Below are positions 47,856 to 58,078 of a stretch of 64,000 nucleotides of DNA, piece by piece. Each line of letters begins with the position of its first letter. The first letter of the stretch is position 1. The notes beneath the pieces were generated by a model. It was not told the origin of the DNA. It worked only from the letters and a program-made list of their open reading frames with translations, and did not search any database. The translations under genes were made by a program, and so were the position numbers. The DNA is from an uncultured Hormoscilla sp. (lineage in GTDB: Bacteria > Cyanobacteriota > Cyanobacteriia > Cyanobacteriales > Desertifilaceae): assembly GCA_963921275.4 (NCBI GenBank), contig OZ001293.3, positions 1 to 64,000 of the forward strand, written 5' to 3'.

Positions 47856-48155
47856 GAAGAGTGGGCGTTTTCGTGCGGAGACCCAACCTACAACTTGGCT
47901 TAGTGGAATGCGAAACGAAGAGTGGGCGTTGGGTTTCGTGCGGAGACCCAACCTACAACTTGGGAGTGACCGGTGCTGATTGTCGGCCTCTACCCAACCT
48001 ACAACTTGGGAGTGGCCGGTGCTGATTGTCGGCTTTTACGGTTATTTACGTATAAGTATGTTCTTGAAGTATCTGGTTTAAAATGGCGCTTCTGACCCCT
48101 TTTAGGGGATATAGGTGGGATATAGGTGGGATATAGGTGGGCTTTAGGTGGGACT
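47856..48155. repeat. REP-like repeat cluster (CCCAACCTACAACTTGG x3) and 11-bp tandem GGGATATAGGT
   Basis: Direct repeats visible at 47856-48035 and 48106-48155. Confidence 0.7.
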
Positions 48156-48579
48156 TAAAGGGATGCTGGGGCGCGGGGAGTTGATGCAGTTTGGGAAATT
48201 TTTAAAGGAGATCCTATCTGGCGGTGTTTGCTTCTAGTACAGCCGGTGATTGATGAGGCTTTGGTTCGGTGCCAGTCTGTTCTGAGTATGCTTAATGACC
48301 GGCGATAGGTCTCAAGTTTGATGACTACTTTGGGACGCTCTTTTTTATTTGTCCGTTCGGGAACGGGAGTAGGGAGTAGGTCTCACTTAGCTCTACCCAA
48401 CCTAGGGGTTACCTTCCTAGGTGGGTGCTGGTGGCATTGGGAGCAAAACTCTCCTGGCGAGATGGAAGTCCCGAGTCAGGAGCGCTAGTGCGGGTGCAGA
48501 TCTATTGCCCGGCCTATGTCATGAGAATTTTTGCTATCTCTGCGGTCTGAAAATTGCTATCTCTGCGGTATGAAAAAAA

Positions 48580-48608
48580 TGTCAGAAAAGCTAGGGGCAT
48601 AACGTCTA
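48580..48608 (+). promoter_or_regulatory. Putative autoregulatory ECF promoter TGTCAGA-N16-CGTCTA
   Basis: About 100 bp upstream of the ECF sigma gene; preceded by the direct repeat TTGCTATCTCTGCGGT x2. Confidence 0.65.
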
Positions 48609-48706
48609 GTATGAGAAGGCATTTGCTGTGGCTCTTTCGAGCAGATTTGGCCGAGCGCATTTTTGGCGTCGGCCCCTACTGGCCATAAGGGAAATACATA
48701 TACATA

Positions 48707-49900
48707 GTGTTTTGGCAAAACTCAGTTGACTACGATGGTTATCAGGTGACTACGATGGTTACAGCTAGTGAAGGTGGTTTGACACAGCAGCGAAAGTCCA
48801 ATATAATCTCTCAGTTTTGGTCTATATGGCTGGACTATGAAGACAAGCTTTATCGCTGCTGTCTCAGGTTGATGAACTGGAACATAACGGAGGCGGAAGA
48901 TGCTCTGAGTCAGGCAAAGATCAAGGGTTGGGAAAATGTGCAAAAGTTTGCTGGCCAGATCTCAAACTTAAAAGCTTGGCTGATGCAGTTGACGAGCAAC
49001 CTCTGCAAAGATATCATCGGCAAACGCTCTCGGGGCCCGGCGGCGGTAGAGGATATTGAATGGGTGGGGGATAATGGAGTTCTGTGTACGGCCTCTGGGG
49101 TGGCGACGCCCATGATGGTGCTGGAGATGTCCGATACGTATGTGGCGATCCGACGGGCAGTAGCATCGTTACCCCAAGGGCAGCGGGATACTTTTGTTTT
49201 ACATTATTATGAAGGGCTTAAGCATAAAGAAATTGCTCAACGGCTAGGGATATCCTACGATAGCGTCTGCAAACGGATATCTTTGGCACGCCAACAGTTG
49301 AAGACGAAGTTGAGGGGCTATTTTTGTGAGGAAGAGGATCTGAAAACGGCCTTGGAGCTTTGGCTCCCAAAATATCCTACCCCACAGGGGAGAGTAGAAA
49401 AGCGGAAGATAGGATCCCCAGTGGAGAAGGGGAAGGAGTTGGCTACTGTTGAGACTGCAAGAGTGTGCGTGGTAGGGGAAGGGTTAACGGACTTTAAGGA
49501 TGGCGCAGTGGAGCATCCTGCTGATGTGGGGAGCGTTCCCAGGCGGGAACGAGGTGGTGTCTGTGAAGAACTTGCCAAGTTATCGACACCGAAGGACTGT
49601 GCCCCTGTGGTAGGGGAGAATATACTCTCAAATGATACTCAGGGGATGGTGAGTGCTTCTGTATCGGCTGCAAGTACCTGTACGGCTGAGGATGTGAAGG
49701 GTGTTGTGCCGGTTATAGTCGAGCAGAAGAGATCGCAAGTATGTACTATGTTGTCCGGGCGATCGCCCTGTGTGACCCCTGTGGGGAGCAGTTCGACTTC
49801 GCTCACCGCTAGTGGGGAACAGATGTTGTGTTCTCCACTCGGTGGGGAAAGGGCAACTGTATCGACAGCTCCGGAGTGGGTGTTGATAACTAAAGTATGA
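48707..49900 (+). CDS. ECF-type sigma-70 factor with long repetitive C-terminal extension, cut by IS607
   Basis: Region 2 (LYRCCLRLM..EAEDALSQ..KAWLMQLTSNLCKD) and region 4 (LPQGQRDTFVLHYYEGLKHKEIAQRLGIS). Confidence 0.8.
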   Translation: MFWQNSVDYDGYQVTTMVTASEGGLTQQRKSNIISQFWSIWLDYEDKLYRCCLRLMNWNITEAEDALSQAKIKGWENVQKFAGQISNLKAWLMQLTSNLCKDIIGKRSRGPAAVEDIEWVGDNGVLCTASGVATPMMVLEMSDTYVAIRRAVASLPQGQRDTFVLHYYEGLKHKEIAQRLGISYDSVCKRISLARQQLKTKLRGYFCEEEDLKTALELWLPKYPTPQGRVEKRKIGSPVEKGKELATVETARVCVVGEGLTDFKDGAVEHPADVGSVPRRERGGVCEELAKLSTPKDCAPVVGENILSNDTQGMVSASVSAASTCTAEDVKGVVPVIVEQKRSQVCTMLSGRSPCVTPVGSSSTSLTASGEQMLCSPLGGERATVSTAPEWVLITKV

Positions 49901-49978
49901 TTTCCAGGAATTTTATATATTTTTCCGGAAATATATTCTCGCGCGTGGTATAATATTGATAGTGCAAACAAAAACATC

Positions 49979-50566
49979 ATGAGATATGCCACACCGAGAG
50001 AAGCGTCACAAGTCCTTCAGGTCTCGGAAAAAACACTCCGAAACTGGGATAGAGACGGAAAAATACAGACAATTAGAACTCCCGCTGGTCATCGACGATA
50101 CGACATCGACTCCGTCATTAATCCAGACGGCTCCCCAAGAATCAGAATCCTCTACGCCAGAGTCAGTTCATATAAGCAAAAGTCAGACCTTGAACGGCAA
50201 GCCGACTATTTGCAATCCTTGTTCACAGACGGAAAACTTGTCAAGGAAATCGGATCAGGACTCAACTACAAACGCAAAGGGTTTTTATCCATTCTGGGAC
50301 AAGTCATGTCAGGAGATGTCAAAGAAGTTGTGGTCTGCCACAAAGACAGACTTGTCAGGTTTGGACTTGACCTTATCGAGTGGCTCTGTCAACAAAAAGA
50401 TTGCCAACTCGTGGTTCTCAACCGAAGTGACCTATCTCCAGAACGAGAAATGGTTGAGGATATCCTTGCCATCGTCCATGTCTTCAGTTGCAGACTCTAT
50501 GGACTCAGGAAGTACAAATCTGCTATCAAAGAAGATTCGAGTTTACCCAGAAACGGCATTAGCTAA
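49979..50566 (+). CDS. tnpA: IS607 TnpA serine recombinase
   Basis: MerR-like HTH, YARVSS, EIGSGLN.KRKGF, HKDRLVRFG. Confidence 0.93.
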   Translation: MRYATPREASQVLQVSEKTLRNWDRDGKIQTIRTPAGHRRYDIDSVINPDGSPRIRILYARVSSYKQKSDLERQADYLQSLFTDGKLVKEIGSGLNYKRKGFLSILGQVMSGDVKEVVVCHKDRLVRFGLDLIEWLCQQKDCQLVVLNRSDLSPEREMVEDILAIVHVFSCRLYGLRKYKSAIKEDSSLPRNGIS

Positions 50567-51677
50567 AACCTGGTTTCAATGGATATCAGCAGCCAGATGG
50601 TGCTTCAATCAAGCCATTGCTATACTCAAAAATCAGAAGATTGGCAAATATGACCTACGCAAAACGGTCATGGATATGGCTCCATCTTGGGTAAGTCAAA
50701 CCCCATATAGCCCACGCCAATTGGCAATATTTCAGGCTTATGAGGCACACAAAGCAGCAAGAAAATCAGGAGGAGATGCTAAATTTCGCTCAGTACGTGA
50801 ATCTGTTAAGTCTATCCGGTTTCAGAAAAATAACTGGAAAAAAGGAAATTTTTATCCAACACAGACCAAAGGATTAAGGTTCAAAGCAAGTGAGCCAATT
50901 ATAGACAAAATGCACCATGAGCCTACATTGGTACTAGACAGAGGACGTTGGTTTATCTGTTATGCCATAGACGTGCCTAAACTGGAACCATTAAACAGTG
51001 AGCTAGCCATCGCCCTTGATCCAGGTGTCAGGACATTTCTAACTGGGTTTGACGGTCAAGAAATTTGGGAGGTTGGCAAGTCTGATATGGGTCGTATCTA
51101 TCGGTTAGCCAGTCATCTCGATCGGCTAATGTCTCGAATCGGCTTATCTAAAGAACGCCAATTTAAGCGGCTACGGCACTGCCTGCGAAAGGCGGCACAA
51201 AAGATTCGGGTTAAGATTCGTAACTTGGTTGATGAACTGCATAAGAAAGCAGCCAACTATCTATGCACCAAGTACAAAGTCATATTTTTGCCTACATTTG
51301 AGGTTAAAAATATGGTCAAACGAGGCAAGCGACGGTTGTCAACTAAGACAGCACGTAAAATGGTTACATGGTCTCATTACCGTTTTAAGCAAACGTTGAA
51401 GCATCAAGCAGCTAAATACGGCTGTGTTGTAGTAGACGTGACGGAAGAGTACACCAGCAAAACTTGCTCAAAATGTGGGCACATTCACATAAAGTTAGGA
51501 GGCAACAAACGATTTATTTGTCCCTCATGTGGTCACACTATTAGTCGTGATATTAATGGCGCTTTCAACATTTTGTTGAAGGCTTTGAGAGATACCTCCG
51601 CATCTGGCCTGATAGCTTCATTCCAGATTGTGCCATACTCAGAAATTTCCGGCAATTACAAGATTTTTTCGGGTTAA
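49986..51677 (+). CDS. tnpB: TnpB RNA-guided nuclease of Fanzor-related type (true start uncertain)
   Basis: IALDPGVRTF, IFLPTF, VTEEYTSKTCSKCG..CPSCG, RDINGAFNI. Confidence 0.88.
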   Translation: MPHREKRHKSFRSRKKHSETGIETEKYRQLELPLVIDDTTSTPSLIQTAPQESESSTPESVHISKSQTLNGKPTICNPCSQTENLSRKSDQDSTTNAKGFYPFWDKSCQEMSKKLWSATKTDLSGLDLTLSSGSVNKKIANSWFSTEVTYLQNEKWLRISLPSSMSSVADSMDSGSTNLLSKKIRVYPETALAKTWFQWISAARWCFNQAIAILKNQKIGKYDLRKTVMDMAPSWVSQTPYSPRQLAIFQAYEAHKAARKSGGDAKFRSVRESVKSIRFQKNNWKKGNFYPTQTKGLRFKASEPIIDKMHHEPTLVLDRGRWFICYAIDVPKLEPLNSELAIALDPGVRTFLTGFDGQEIWEVGKSDMGRIYRLASHLDRLMSRIGLSKERQFKRLRHCLRKAAQKIRVKIRNLVDELHKKAANYLCTKYKVIFLPTFEVKNMVKRGKRRLSTKTARKMVTWSHYRFKQTLKHQAAKYGCVVVDVTEEYTSKTCSKCGHIHIKLGGNKRFICPSCGHTISRDINGAFNILLKALRDTSASGLIASFQIVPYSEISGNYKIFSG

Positions 51678-51695
51678 ATGTATCTGCAAGTATTG

Positions 51696-52720
51696 GATAT
51701 AGTTGGTAAAAATATTTTGGATGTAAGTGAGAAGGGGTCCGCCCGATCGCCTTTTCAAGCCCCACTAGGTATAGTAGAAATGCAGAGGCTCCTGTTGGGT
51801 GAAGAACTCAATGAGGAGACGCTGACTGTAAGGGCTGCAAGGGCGATCGCGCCTGTGGCTGTTCGACTTCGCTCACCGCAAGCTGTGGAGGAAAAACCCG
51901 ACGATGTCAGGACTGTTGTGCGGGTTAATGTGGAGCAGAAGTTATCGGATGTACGTTCTCAGTTAAGAGCCCGATCGCAGGAGCAGACCCCTGTGGCCAG
52001 TGGGGAAAAGCAGTTGTGTTCTCAACTCGGTCGGGAGACAGCAACTGTATCGACAGCGATAGAGTGCGTACCAGTGGTAGTTCGACTTCGCTCACCGCAA
52101 GCAGCGGAAGCAAAACAGGATAAGTGCTGTTGTGCAGTGGAGCCAAAGGATATAATTGGTCAAAATATAATGGAAGTAAGTGAGAATGGGTCCGCCCGAT
52201 CGCCCGGGGGAACGGCTTCGGCAGCAAGTGCGCTCGCGCCTGTGGTTGTGGAGGAAAAACCCGACGATGTCAGGACTGTTGTGCGGAGCAGAAGTTATCG
52301 GATGTACATTCAAGAGGCCGATCTCCCTGCATCCGCCAACGTTCTCGGGGGGGCGTTGCACAATTACGGGATGATGGGCCTAGTTGCAGAAGTCTTAAAC
52401 CTAGACTACAAGCCAGTTTCAGTTATGTACAAAAAATGGAATCATCCCCAAAATGTGCAACGCCCTCGGGGGGCTGTCGGTGTTGATGATATAGAGTGGG
52501 TTGGTGATACCGGGGAAATGGGGGTGGCGTCGGCGGTGGAGTTGCCGGAGATGGTTCTGGAGAGGGATGAGAGGTCGGTGGTTATTCGACGGGCGATCGC
52601 TTCCTTAGCGGAACGGATGCGGGAAACTTTTATTTGACATTTTTATGAGGAGCTTACCCATACGGAAATTGTGGAACGGCAAGGGAAATCATACGAAAGA
52701 TTCGGTTGGCCCATCACCAT
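51696..52720 (+). pseudogene. Continuation of the sigma-factor repeat tail and a second, partial sigma region 4
   Basis: Internal repeats (VVRLRSPQA, EEKPDDVRTVVR); DIEWVGD..IRRAIASL..RETFI* paralogous to the 48707 ORF. Confidence 0.6.
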
Positions 52721-52753
52721 GACACAAAAAGTTAAGGAAAAAAGAGAAAAAGA

Positions 52754-52782
52754 AGTCAGAAAAAAAGAAGAAAAAGCGTCTA
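52754..52782 (+). promoter_or_regulatory. Putative ECF promoter AGTCAGA-N16-CGTCTA
   Basis: Same motif and spacing as 48580 and 33653; about 40 bp upstream of the vWA gene. Confidence 0.6.
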
Positions 52783-52824
52783 ATGTTCAAAGCCAATTCA
52801 AAGAAATAATAGAGTAAGTGAAAA

Positions 52825-53303
52825 ATGGTAGACAGACAGAAGATTGATATTATGTTCCTGACGGATGCGACAGGAAGCATGTCGCAGCGATGAGTAACGT
52901 GAAGGCTGACATGGTCAGTGAATATAAAGTGTTTGTACAAGAACTGGAAGATGTGTGGGATGTGAGGATAGGATTAACATGGTATCGCGATCTAACAGAT
53001 AACGCAGATGTATTCGATCTAGCCCTACCAATTACAGATAATACGACCAAAATCCAAGAAAAAATCGATGAATTGGTGGCGTCGGGAGGAGGTGATAATG
53101 ATGAGGCGCAATTGCTTGCACTACACGAAATCCCAAAAGCAGCAATTTTAGGAGGATGGCGTTCTGGATCGAACCGATATATAGCCTGGTATGGAGATCA
53201 GCCCGGACACGATCCGGTAGGTTATAACGATCATACAGTGACCTTGGCCCAAGTGAAAGAGGAATTGAAAGACAAATGTTCGGCAGGAAGGTGTAGTCCA
53301 TGA
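52825..53303 (+). pseudogene. von Willebrand factor A domain protein, frameshifted and truncated
   Basis: IDIMFLTDATGSM (MIDAS-like), then in another frame GLTWYRD, ASGGGD..EA, GWR.GS.RYI...GD.PGH. Confidence 0.75.
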
Positions 53304-53689
53304 AATGTACGAAAAAATCAGGGAAACAATTTAGTGTTACCTGATGGAGACGGCAGCCCAGGGGTAGTATGGTAACGGCGTGATCGCTCCCTCCCCCAAC
53401 TCAACCCTCAAAACTCCACTTCTAGCCCATATTAACAAAACAAAGGCGATCGCATTGGGGAATGCGATCGCCGAATGCAGAGGAAAAGGGGCGATCCCAG
53501 GAAAGAGAACCAAGCGCCTTGGGGAAGAGAGGGAATGGAGCGATCGCCTCTTCCCCAACCCTTCCTAACTCAACTCTCTGAACTCCACTCCTAACCCATA
53601 TCAACCAACGGCGAGTCGCATTCCCCATGCGACTCGCCGTCGCACATTTAGCAATTGCTCATTGGTGGTTCAAGATCCCAGGGAGGGGC

Positions 53690-53980
53690 GATCGTCGCCG
53701 GTGCCCCTTCCAGACAACGGACGGTCACCTCTGCCAAGGTCTCGATCCAAACCGTCCCGCCGCAACGGCTTGTCGGGCCGATACACGACGCGACAGGGTC
53801 CGTGAATTTCCGCCTCGTGACCGGAAGCCCGATTTTTCTGAGGTTTGTAGTGAGGACGGAAGTCCTCACTACAAACCTCAGTTCGCGATTCCCCCGCTGC
53901 ACCGAGACCACCGGTTTTTCGGTGGTCTGGTGCTATGGTTGTAACCGATGCTGTGGCGGTTGATGTGAACTGTAAGCAAT
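53690..53980 (-). pseudogene. Small hypothetical protein remnant with palindromic insertion
   Basis: Segments TVHINRHSIGYN, GHEAEIHGPCRVVYRPDKPL and CGGTVWIET in shifting frames. Confidence 0.45.
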
Positions 53981-54236
53981 TCAAGCATTCTCTCATTGCT
54001 TTATTCTGGCATTGGGAAAGTCCCCCATGAACTTGGATCGCAGCGGATCTGCTCGTGCAATTTAAGTGCACGACAGCTATGAACTCTCCGGGACGATCGC
54101 AACAGTCGATCGCTCCGGAGGCATGGCGACTGCGCCAATAAAACTATGGTGACAATCGCAATAGTTGATCGCCAGGTGTGAGAAGTTCGCTTCACCGCTG
54201 ACCGCCGCTGGCGATGGCGGGTGCGATCGCGATATA

Positions 54237-55012
54237 TCAGTTAATCGTATCGGGATCTATTCCCAGAGCCTGTAAGTATTGCGCTAATTGTTCGGCACGT
54301 TGAATTGCGGCCTCAGCACGTTGACGTTCTGCATTTATTTGCCGTTCGAGTTCTTCTAGTTCTTGTCGCAGTCTGAGTTCCTCTCGGACCAAATAGTCTA
54401 CATCCGGCTGATCTAGTATTCGAGCTACCGGTAAAATCAATCCCGGAAATTGCGCGCTATTGACTTCATCTCCCGGCAAAAAATCCCGCTCTGCGTAACT
54501 CGATTCTCCGGAAATTTTACTACACAACCGCACCCGGGACCGCTCGGAGTCTACGATCCAATACTCCGGAATATCGAGGCGTGAGTATTCATTTCGTTTG
54601 GTTGAGTAGTCCTCGCGCCAATTTTGACTTGTCACTTCTACTACTAAGAGGGGTTTTTGTCAAAGTTCAGCACTGCTGCGCCTTTGCGATCGCTGCGCGA
54701 AAAATCGCAAACATTTTTTTAAAAACTTTGATGACAAACGACTACATCTGGTATTCTCGATGTATTTTCTTCCGTTCTCACTCCCGTCAAGTCTATCGCT
54801 ACCAAGTTCAAGTTTTCTGATACCAAGTAGCGCAGAAACTCGACGGTTAAAAATTTACTTATTAGGTTATGTAAACCTGTCGTTGTTGGCATTTCGATCA
54901 ATTGACCGCGATAGAGTTCGTACAGCACACCCGGTTCTCCGGAATACTCTAGGTATTCAGCAAAGCTCAGGGTCTTTTGAGAAATATTAACATCAACCGT
55001 CGAACCTACCAT
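54237..55012 (-). pseudogene. Uma2-family endonuclease, disrupted at about 54660-54720
   Basis: YELYRGQLIEMP, RIPDVVV, then VEVTS.NW..DY..K..EY..L.IPEYWIVD in another frame. Confidence 0.85.
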
Positions 55013-55144
55013 ATTTTTTCCCTCACATCAACGCTCCGATATTAGCACGGAATTTGCAGTCTTGCACCAGTGGGTAAAGAGGGCGATCGCGCAGCAGTTG
55101 GCAAGAAACCGGGTTTCTATTATCACTTTTCGGCGATCGCCGGT

Positions 55145-55290
55145 CTGGAAAGGTGCGGATGTATCTGTTCCCTTGAATTTTAAATCTTTGTCGGGGTCCG
55201 TGGGGTCTGGCAATTGGTAAATTTCTCTACCAATACTCCCGTAGGTTGGGCCCGAGGGTTGGGGGTTTCCGAGTCGGTGGAAATAGAGCG
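55145..55290 (-). pseudogene. Decayed internal fragment of the MxDYIPxND-family gene
   Basis: DSETPNPRAQPTGV and DPDKDLKFKGTDTSAPF versus DEETLNRRAKPEGV and DPDKELKFLGTNTSAPF in 32384-33049. Confidence 0.8.
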
Positions 55291-55770
55291 CTCGCATCTG
55301 TCGCGCGCTCTTTATAACAGGCCAGTAAGCAATTCGCTCCCAAATCTCATTCTCTCATTCAAAATTGGGAAAGTCCCGCATGAACAAGGATCGCAGCGGA
55401 TCGGATGGCTGCAATTTAAATGCACGACAGCTTAACTGTGCATTGGTAAACTGAATTATGTAATTTTTGGTAATTTTTTGTAAATTGCTCAATTTGCTCC
55501 CAGAAAGAGGTTCAGCTATGAAGACATCCAACTTACTACGAACTACAAGCCACGGAGAATTACTAGCAGGGGCAGCAAGAAGGAGTTGAGATGATATAAT
55601 GAAATATCTATGGCAACCACATTTGTCCGCTCCGGAGGCGCGGGGGCGGACTCCGGAGCTTATAGACCTTAGTTACCGCACGGTCAAGCAAGTATATGCT
55701 ACCATGTTTATCCTGGATGATTTGGCTGCGCCATCCATAGTAAAATTCAAATATAAAATGGAATGAAGCT

Positions 55771-56098
55771 ATGGCAACGATAACTATTGAAGTACCCGAT
55801 GAACGGAAGGACCGCACTGGAGCAGATGGCTCGCGCCTCCCGGAACTGCTACGCTATCTGGTGCAACAGCCAGCGGTTCCCGCCCATATCTACCGCTACA
55901 TTCTCAATTTTATGGCCAGTCAACCAACAAAAGAACAGTATATCGCTTTTCCGTCCTACGCCAGAAATGACAGAGCGCTTGGCGACGGTTGCTGGCACGC
56001 AGCAAAGCTTTTGAACTGACTCAACCAGAGGAACTGGAACTGGATGAGTACGAACGGATCGAGCATGTGATGATTATGCTCGATGCTGGTTTACCGAT
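55771..56098 (+). pseudogene. Small antitoxin-like hypothetical protein, frameshifted
   Basis: MATITIEVPDE..YRYILNFMASQPT, then FRPTPEM.ERL and ELDEYERIEHV in other frames. Confidence 0.5.
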
Positions 56099-56342
56099 AA
56101 TCTATTGATGCCGTGCCCCTACATAACATCCGATCGCCCATACCATCTGCCGTTTCAAATGCCCTCGGGTGCAAGACCACACCCGAGGGCGAACCGACAA
56201 TTTTTTCAGATATTCCTTGACAGTTGTGGTATAAAATCAGTACAAAGATAACAGTGGTATGGGGGCGAGGGAGTTTATCAGTCTCACGCTGCCCTTATAC
56301 CACAGTGCAGTATAGTTGTGTCAAGCCTAGAGGGAAAAGATT

Positions 56343-58078
56343 ATGCCCTACGAAGAAATGAAACTGTCTGCGCCCAAACCGGTGCTTTCTTGGGCCAATC
56401 ACGATCTCGCTTCCGTTGAAATTCAAATGGCTAAGAATGTGGCATCCCTGCCTTTTGTATTTAAGCATGTGGCTCTGATGCCTGATGTTCACTTGGGTAA
56501 GGGGGCTTTGGTGGGTTCTGTGATTGCTACTAAAGAGGCGATCGTCCCTGCTGCTGTGGGCGTGGATATCGGCTGTTTTACCGGTGATACCCTGGTGCCT
56601 CTAGCCGATGGCAAGTCCTATGCTATCAAAGAACTTGCTAGCATGTCAAGGAAATTTATGGTTTACTCCTGCACGGATAGTCTGAAAATTGTGGCAGCTA
56701 AGGCGACAGCAAAGTTAACGCGCTACAATGCTGAATTGGTGCAGGTAGTTCTGGACAATGGTGCCCCGATCGCGCAGCGTGCGCGCTGCGCAATCGCATG
56801 CACTCCGGATCACGAATTCATGATGAGGGATGGCACTTATCGGCAAGCAAGGGACTTGCAACCCGGTACGTAGCTGATGCCTTTCTATTCTCAACTGGAC
56901 AAAGAGGGTTACACTTTAATTCAACAACCTGCTTCCGGAAGATGGGAAAAGGCAGATGTCGGAAAATTGCCCGATCGCCAGCAGATGGAAGTGGGGGCAG
57001 GCAGTCAGATGCGCTATAATCACAAGGTAGTGGCGGTTACGCCTCTGCGAGAGAAGCAGGATGTCTACTGCTTGACTGTTCCTGAATATGGTAACTTTGC
57101 CTTAACTGCGGGGGTATTTGTCCATAACTGCGGGATGGCCGCAGTCAAAACTCCTTTCGAGGCAGATCGACTGGAAGGTAAACTCAAGCAGATCCGTCTG
57201 GATATTGAAGCTGCCATTCCTGTGGGATTTAATCAAAACAAGGAGGTCGAAACTGCTGTTAGTAACTGGCAGGGATGGGGTGACTTTAAGGAACTGCATC
57301 CGGGGGTGCAACGCTTGGATAGTAAGGCGATGAAACAGTTGGGTTCCCTCGGTGGGGGCAATCATTTTATTGAGGTTTGTCTGGATACCGAAGACCAAGT
57401 CGGGTTGATGTTGCACTCGGGTTCCCGTAATATCGGTAATATGCTTGCGAAAAACCATATTAATACTGCCAAGGAATTGGCAAAGCTGGCAGGAGAAAAG
57501 TTGCCCGATCGGGATTTAGCCTACTTTGTGGCCCAGACCCCTGAGTTTGCTGCTTACTGGCACGATCTGCAATGGGCGCAAGGTTATGCCCGCTTCAACC
57601 GGATGTAATGATGGCGAGACTGAAGCGCATTGTCGAAAAGCATCTGGCGGGCGGGAAGCAGACTAAGCCCTTATTGCAGGTAAATTGCCATCACAATTAC
57701 TCGGAAAAAGAGGTGCATTTCGGCGAGGAAGTCTACGTGACTCGCAAGGGCGCTGTTAGGGCCCGGGAGGATGATTATGGTATTATTCCTGGATCCATGG
57801 GGGCGAAGTCTTTCATTGTCAAGGGTAAGGGAAATGCCGAAAGCTATTGTTCTTGTGCCCACGGGGCGGGGCGATCGATGTCTCGCAGTAAGGCGAAGAA
57901 GCAATTTTCTGTTGAGGATCTGATGCAGCAAACTGCTAGCGTTGAATGTCGCAAGGATGAGGGCGTCTTGGATGAAATTCCCGGCGCTTATAAGCTGATC
58001 GATGAGGTAATGCAAAATCAATCCGATCTAGTGGAAGTTGTGGCCACCCTGAAGCAGGTTGTCTGCGTTAAAGGGTAA
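56343..58078 (+). pseudogene. rtcB: RNA ligase RtcB with intein; in-frame TAG (56871) and frameshift (about 57603)
   Basis: MPDVHLGKG, VGVDIG|CG, LGSLGGGNHFIE, HSGSR, CHHNY, PGSMG, HGAGR, DEIPGAYK. Confidence 0.92.
56574..57128 (+). mobile_element. Mini-intein in RtcB (185 codons, no endonuclease)
   Basis: Block A CFTGDTLV, block B CTPDHEF, block F/G DVYCLTV..NFAL.AGVFVHN followed by Cys. Confidence 0.9.

Larger units (their letters stand above)
49890..51695 (+). mobile_element. IS607-family element (ends approximate)
   Basis: Serine-recombinase TnpA plus TnpB; no TIRs; short TTTCC(A)GG motifs near both ends. Confidence 0.9.
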
